Shown: one piece after another, positions 61,005 to 64,000 of the stretch
Position numbering within the stretch: position 1 is the first letter of the stretch
Layout: each line of letters starts with the position of its first letter
IMG/VR virus record: IMGVR_UViG_3300032294_002823
Reading direction: 5' to 3' (one strand)
Origin: a virus
DNA length: 64,000 nt
Translations under genes and position numbers: made by a program
The notes under the pieces: generated by a model
Told to the model about the DNA's origin: nothing
Seen by the model: the letters and a program-made list of their open reading frames with translations, nothing else
The model's database searches: none

Positions 61005-62729
61005 ATGAGACACTTTTTAGCAGCAGTATTACTGCTTTCACCCATCTCACTCATGGCACAACCTGCCTTGTGGTGGGATCGTAACGTAATAACAACCGAT
61101 GTGAATGGTGGTCCCATCGCAAAAGATGACACCATTGCCGTTGAAGTGAAATTAAATCCCAATGGAACCACTATTCGTTCTGTATTCTTTGATTTTCAAC
61201 ATCAAATGAATGCCATATCATTGATTGATGTGCAACGAGATGTAGGTATTCCTGCCGCGGCAACATTTAGTTACACAAACAATTATTATCCCAATTGTCG
61301 TTTCAATCGTACCGCGAATAACACGACCAATAACGGGTGGAACAATTACATGAATGCCCAATATACATGTAATTCTACAACAGTTCCTCACCATGCCATT
61401 AATCGTATTCATGTAAGTGTGGCGAGTGCACAAAATCTTGCCCATGCCAGTTACATCAGAATGCGTTTCCGTGTCACCAACGTTGCTGCCGGATTCCCAT
61501 ACGATTCCATCTACATGAACTTTGCCATTGGGTACGATGCTGCCGGCGGCACCATGACCAATACAGTAAATACTCCTGATGGACACGGTGGGAAGGGTGT
61601 ATGGATACAACTTGCCCCAGGCGCCAATAATTTATTAACAGGTACAGTACGTCACGGTACCAATGTATCAACAGGATTACAAGGTATGATGCGTTTGTCC
61701 GTCACAGACACCGCAGCACAACCCACAGAAGTTACAAATGCAGTAGTAGGCGGTACGGGAAACTTTGGCTTTGGTCAGCAATTACAACCAACTACGTGGT
61801 ATAGAATGCGCTTGATGGTACCCGCGGATAGTATCGCGGCATTGAGTCGCGCCAGTGTCACGGTATCTGATTACACCGCTGCTGTGCAAGAATGGATTAC
61901 ACAAAATCTCGACAAGACATTTAAAAATCAAAATATTGACCGTGGTATCAAATATTGGGCAGCAGATGCCAATAATAACGGAGAATTTGATGGTGGCGAT
62001 TTGCAACGCATCTTCAATGCAGTGGCAGGGTTAGATACATTGTTGAAGGCGCCAGCAGGATGTTCAGGGACATGTATGGTGTCTGTCCCCACCATCCGCG
62101 GTGAAACCTATGACTCATTGGGATTTGCTTCATGGCGAACATTTACAAATCCTTCCTTCACACAACTCCAAACGAGTACAGTGGATCAAAACGTGACATT
62201 GAAATATGTGTTACGTGGTGATGTGAATTTATCACATTCATCACCCGCTGCGGCAGCACAACAAGCAGCATTTAGAATGGGTAATTTCATTGTCCCAGGG
62301 GCAAGTAGTATTGATGTCAACTTGAACAATGTCATTGTCACTGGCAATAAACTCAGTGTTCCATTCAATGTTGATACCAAGAATTTAAAATTGTCAGGAT
62401 TACAATTTGAAGTAAAATATGATCCTACAAAAGTAAAATTTGAAAAATTAGAAGTGAATACTCCAAGTTGGATTTCCTTCGTGAATGATGACAAGGGTGT
62501 GATTCGTTTTGGTGCACTTGACCGTGATTTTAAAAATTTCATGTCAGGCAATGCGTTGGTTCCCTTTAAATTGGAATTCAGTTCTGTGCAAGCAGGTGTG
62601 GATTTAAATTCAACTGTACAAATTCATCCCACGATGGATGCCGCAGACGATAAAGGTAAGCAAGTAGGAATCAATTTCAATACCACCACCATCAAGTTGA
62701 TTGGTGCCAACTTCTTTAAAAAGCCATGA
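61005..62729 (+). CDS. Secreted protein with cohesin-like and dockerin-like domains
   Basis: Signal peptide; ADANNNGEFDGGD and RGDVN Ca-binding loops; VPFNV...LSGLQFEVKYDP..V.F cohesin-like C-domain. Confidence 0.72.
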   Translation: MRHFLAAVLLLSPISLMAQPALWWDRNVITTDVNGGPIAKDDTIAVEVKLNPNGTTIRSVFFDFQHQMNAISLIDVQRDVGIPAAATFSYTNNYYPNCRFNRTANNTTNNGWNNYMNAQYTCNSTTVPHHAINRIHVSVASAQNLAHASYIRMRFRVTNVAAGFPYDSIYMNFAIGYDAAGGTMTNTVNTPDGHGGKGVWIQLAPGANNLLTGTVRHGTNVSTGLQGMMRLSVTDTAAQPTEVTNAVVGGTGNFGFGQQLQPTTWYRMRLMVPADSIAALSRASVTVSDYTAAVQEWITQNLDKTFKNQNIDRGIKYWAADANNNGEFDGGDLQRIFNAVAGLDTLLKAPAGCSGTCMVSVPTIRGETYDSLGFASWRTFTNPSFTQLQTSTVDQNVTLKYVLRGDVNLSHSSPAAAAQQAAFRMGNFIVPGASSIDVNLNNVIVTGNKLSVPFNVDTKNLKLSGLQFEVKYDPTKVKFEKLEVNTPSWISFVNDDKGVIRFGALDRDFKNFMSGNALVPFKLEFSSVQAGVDLNSTVQIHPTMDAADDKGKQVGINFNTTTIKLIGANFFKKP

Positions 62730-63118
62730 AAAAAATTCTCACGTATTCATTACTCGTAGCAACTGTTGGATGTAATCATACTGATTTCCCAACAACCCCC
62801 GTCGTCGTTGGCGGCGGGGAAACAGGATCAGAGGTTTCGTTGGGGGTTGCCTCAACCTTACTAAGTATATCCTCAATATCCAGTCCTGTCACACCTGGTC
62901 CGTTTACTATTGGAGTAAATGTCACCCCAGGCGCAACATATAGTTTTCAATTAACACACATCAATGGGGCAGTACTTCATAATCATGGCTTTACCGCAAC
63001 ACAAGCAAACATGAGTATTGCATTAGATTATTCTACAATTCCCGTAGGTGCCTATGATTTAATACTTATGGACAACACAGGTCGGTTATTGAAAGTAGCC
63101 GTTATCATTCAACGTTAA
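62726..63118 (+). CDS. Lipoprotein with small beta-sandwich domain
   Basis: Lipobox TVG-C; PVGAYDLIL.D..G. Confidence 0.68.
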   Translation: MKKILTYSLLVATVGCNHTDFPTTPVVVGGGETGSEVSLGVASTLLSISSISSPVTPGPFTIGVNVTPGATYSFQLTHINGAVLHNHGFTATQANMSIALDYSTIPVGAYDLILMDNTGRLLKVAVIIQR

Positions 63119-63130
63119 CTAGGAGAACAC

Positions 63131-63418
63131 ATGTCAGAAGAATCAGGTGGAAGTGGATTAAAGAATGCCATCATTGGTTTAGTTACTATCATTGTAACAG
63201 CCATTGCCGGCGTTATCGGTAAGAACATCATGGGTGGAGATGAAGCAGCCGCTCCTGCGCCTGCCGCAGCAGCAGCCCCTGTCATCAATCTCAACCTCGA
63301 AAACAACAACACAGTAAAGGGTGGATCAGCTGGTGGCGCATCAGCTCCTGCTGCAGCACCCGCACCAAAGCCAGCACCTAAGAAGGATGACTGGGCAAAA
63401 GCTGAACCTAAGTGGTAA
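63131..63418 (+). CDS. Single-TM Pro/Ala-rich protein
   Basis: TM helix; PAPAAAAAPVINLNLEN; RBS AGGAG. Confidence 0.72.
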   Translation: MSEESGGSGLKNAIIGLVTIIVTAIAGVIGKNIMGGDEAAAPAPAAAAAPVINLNLENNNTVKGGSAGGASAPAAAPAPKPAPKKDDWAKAEPKW

Positions 63419-63424
63419 TTGATT

Positions 63425-63742
63425 ATGAAATCTGAGGAAATTAATCAAGAAAGTAAGTTTAGTCAATTACTCAATCAAACCATGTCCCGTCGTTGGGGCA
63501 TCACAGCCATCGTATTAACAACATTTCTATTCATTGCCATTGGTATTGCCATGGCCATTGAAAGTAAGTCTGTATTGGATCAAGAATGGAAGGAAATTCT
63601 TCTTCTTATGTTGGGCGCCTTTATCGGTAGTTACGGCAAGATTATTGACTACTGGTTCTCAGACACCGACAAGGACAAGATGTTAGTACAAAAGATGGAT
63701 GAAGAAGATGGCACATCACTTTCAAACACATTAGGTGGATAA
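63425..63742 (+). CDS. Two-TM membrane protein
   Basis: RRWGITAIVL, WKEILLLMLGAFIGSYGKIIDYWF. Confidence 0.72.
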   Translation: MKSEEINQESKFSQLLNQTMSRRWGITAIVLTTFLFIAIGIAMAIESKSVLDQEWKEILLLMLGAFIGSYGKIIDYWFSDTDKDKMLVQKMDEEDGTSLSNTLGG

Positions 63743-63743
63743 C

Positions 63744-64000
63744 ATGGACGCCAAGAAAGTACAACAAACAATTTTCAGTAAGTTTGCTGAAATCTTTAAA
63801 GATAGTAATCATTTCAATGAAAAGACCATCATTGGTTTCATGGCGTTTGCTGTCATGACATTGTATTCTGCCACTGATATCATCACAGGTATCTGGGGTA
63901 TCAAGTTGGAAATTCATGAATTTGTGTATAACTCATTCATGTACATCACCTTAGGCTCATTTGGTATTGCTGGGTTAGAAAAGTTCTCTCCCTCAACTGT
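63744..64000 (+). CDS. Membrane protein, truncated by window edge
   Basis: MDAKK...IFKDSN.FNEKTIIGF.AFAVM...YNSF..ITLGSFGIAGLEKF, open to the end. Confidence 0.7.
   Translation, partial: MDAKKVQQTIFSKFAEIFKDSNHFNEKTIIGFMAFAVMTLYSATDIITGIWGIKLEIHEFVYNSFMYITLGSFGIAGLEKFSPST

Noticed and set aside
1-64000. CRISPR array, integrase or transposase
   Set aside because: No regularly spaced direct repeats and no recombinase or transposase motifs seen

Overview
This 64 kb window comes from a large, AT-rich T4-like myophage genome. Every credible gene is on the + strand and reads in the standard code. Layout: (1) gp55 late sigma factor, then a 7-deazaguanine DNA-modification cluster (queE, folE, a DEDD exonuclease, dpdA, a DpdL-like T-fold protein, a GT-B glycosyltransferase, queD) at the position where T4 has alpha-glucosyltransferase. 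(2) Replication and recombination core (gp47, gp46, gp45, gp44, gp62, regA, gp43, uvsX, gp41, gp61, rnh), interspersed with peptide deformylase, ClpP-like, VWA/AAA+, SpoU, Hsp20 and a PD-(D/E)XK endonuclease. (3) Late, virion and lysis genes including a GH19 endolysin. (4) thyX, MazG-like, class II RNR, thioredoxin and a GT2 + PlcP/LpxH2-like pair. (5) An array of 26 tRNA genes that includes unusual Ile(TAT), Ser(ACT) and long-arm Thr(TGT) species, an HNH endonuclease and two structured non-coding inserts. (6) A secreted/lipoprotein envelope module. Best candidates for new biology: a possibly glycosylated 7-deazaguanine DNA base made without QueC; a ~175-nt double-pseudoknot RNA between two tRNAs; a conserved 25-bp element upstream of four early promoters; a 26-bp long-range RNA duplex enclosing hsp20; and a phage phospholipid-to-glycolipid remodelling pair. 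All protein family calls come from motif recognition by eye, not database searches.
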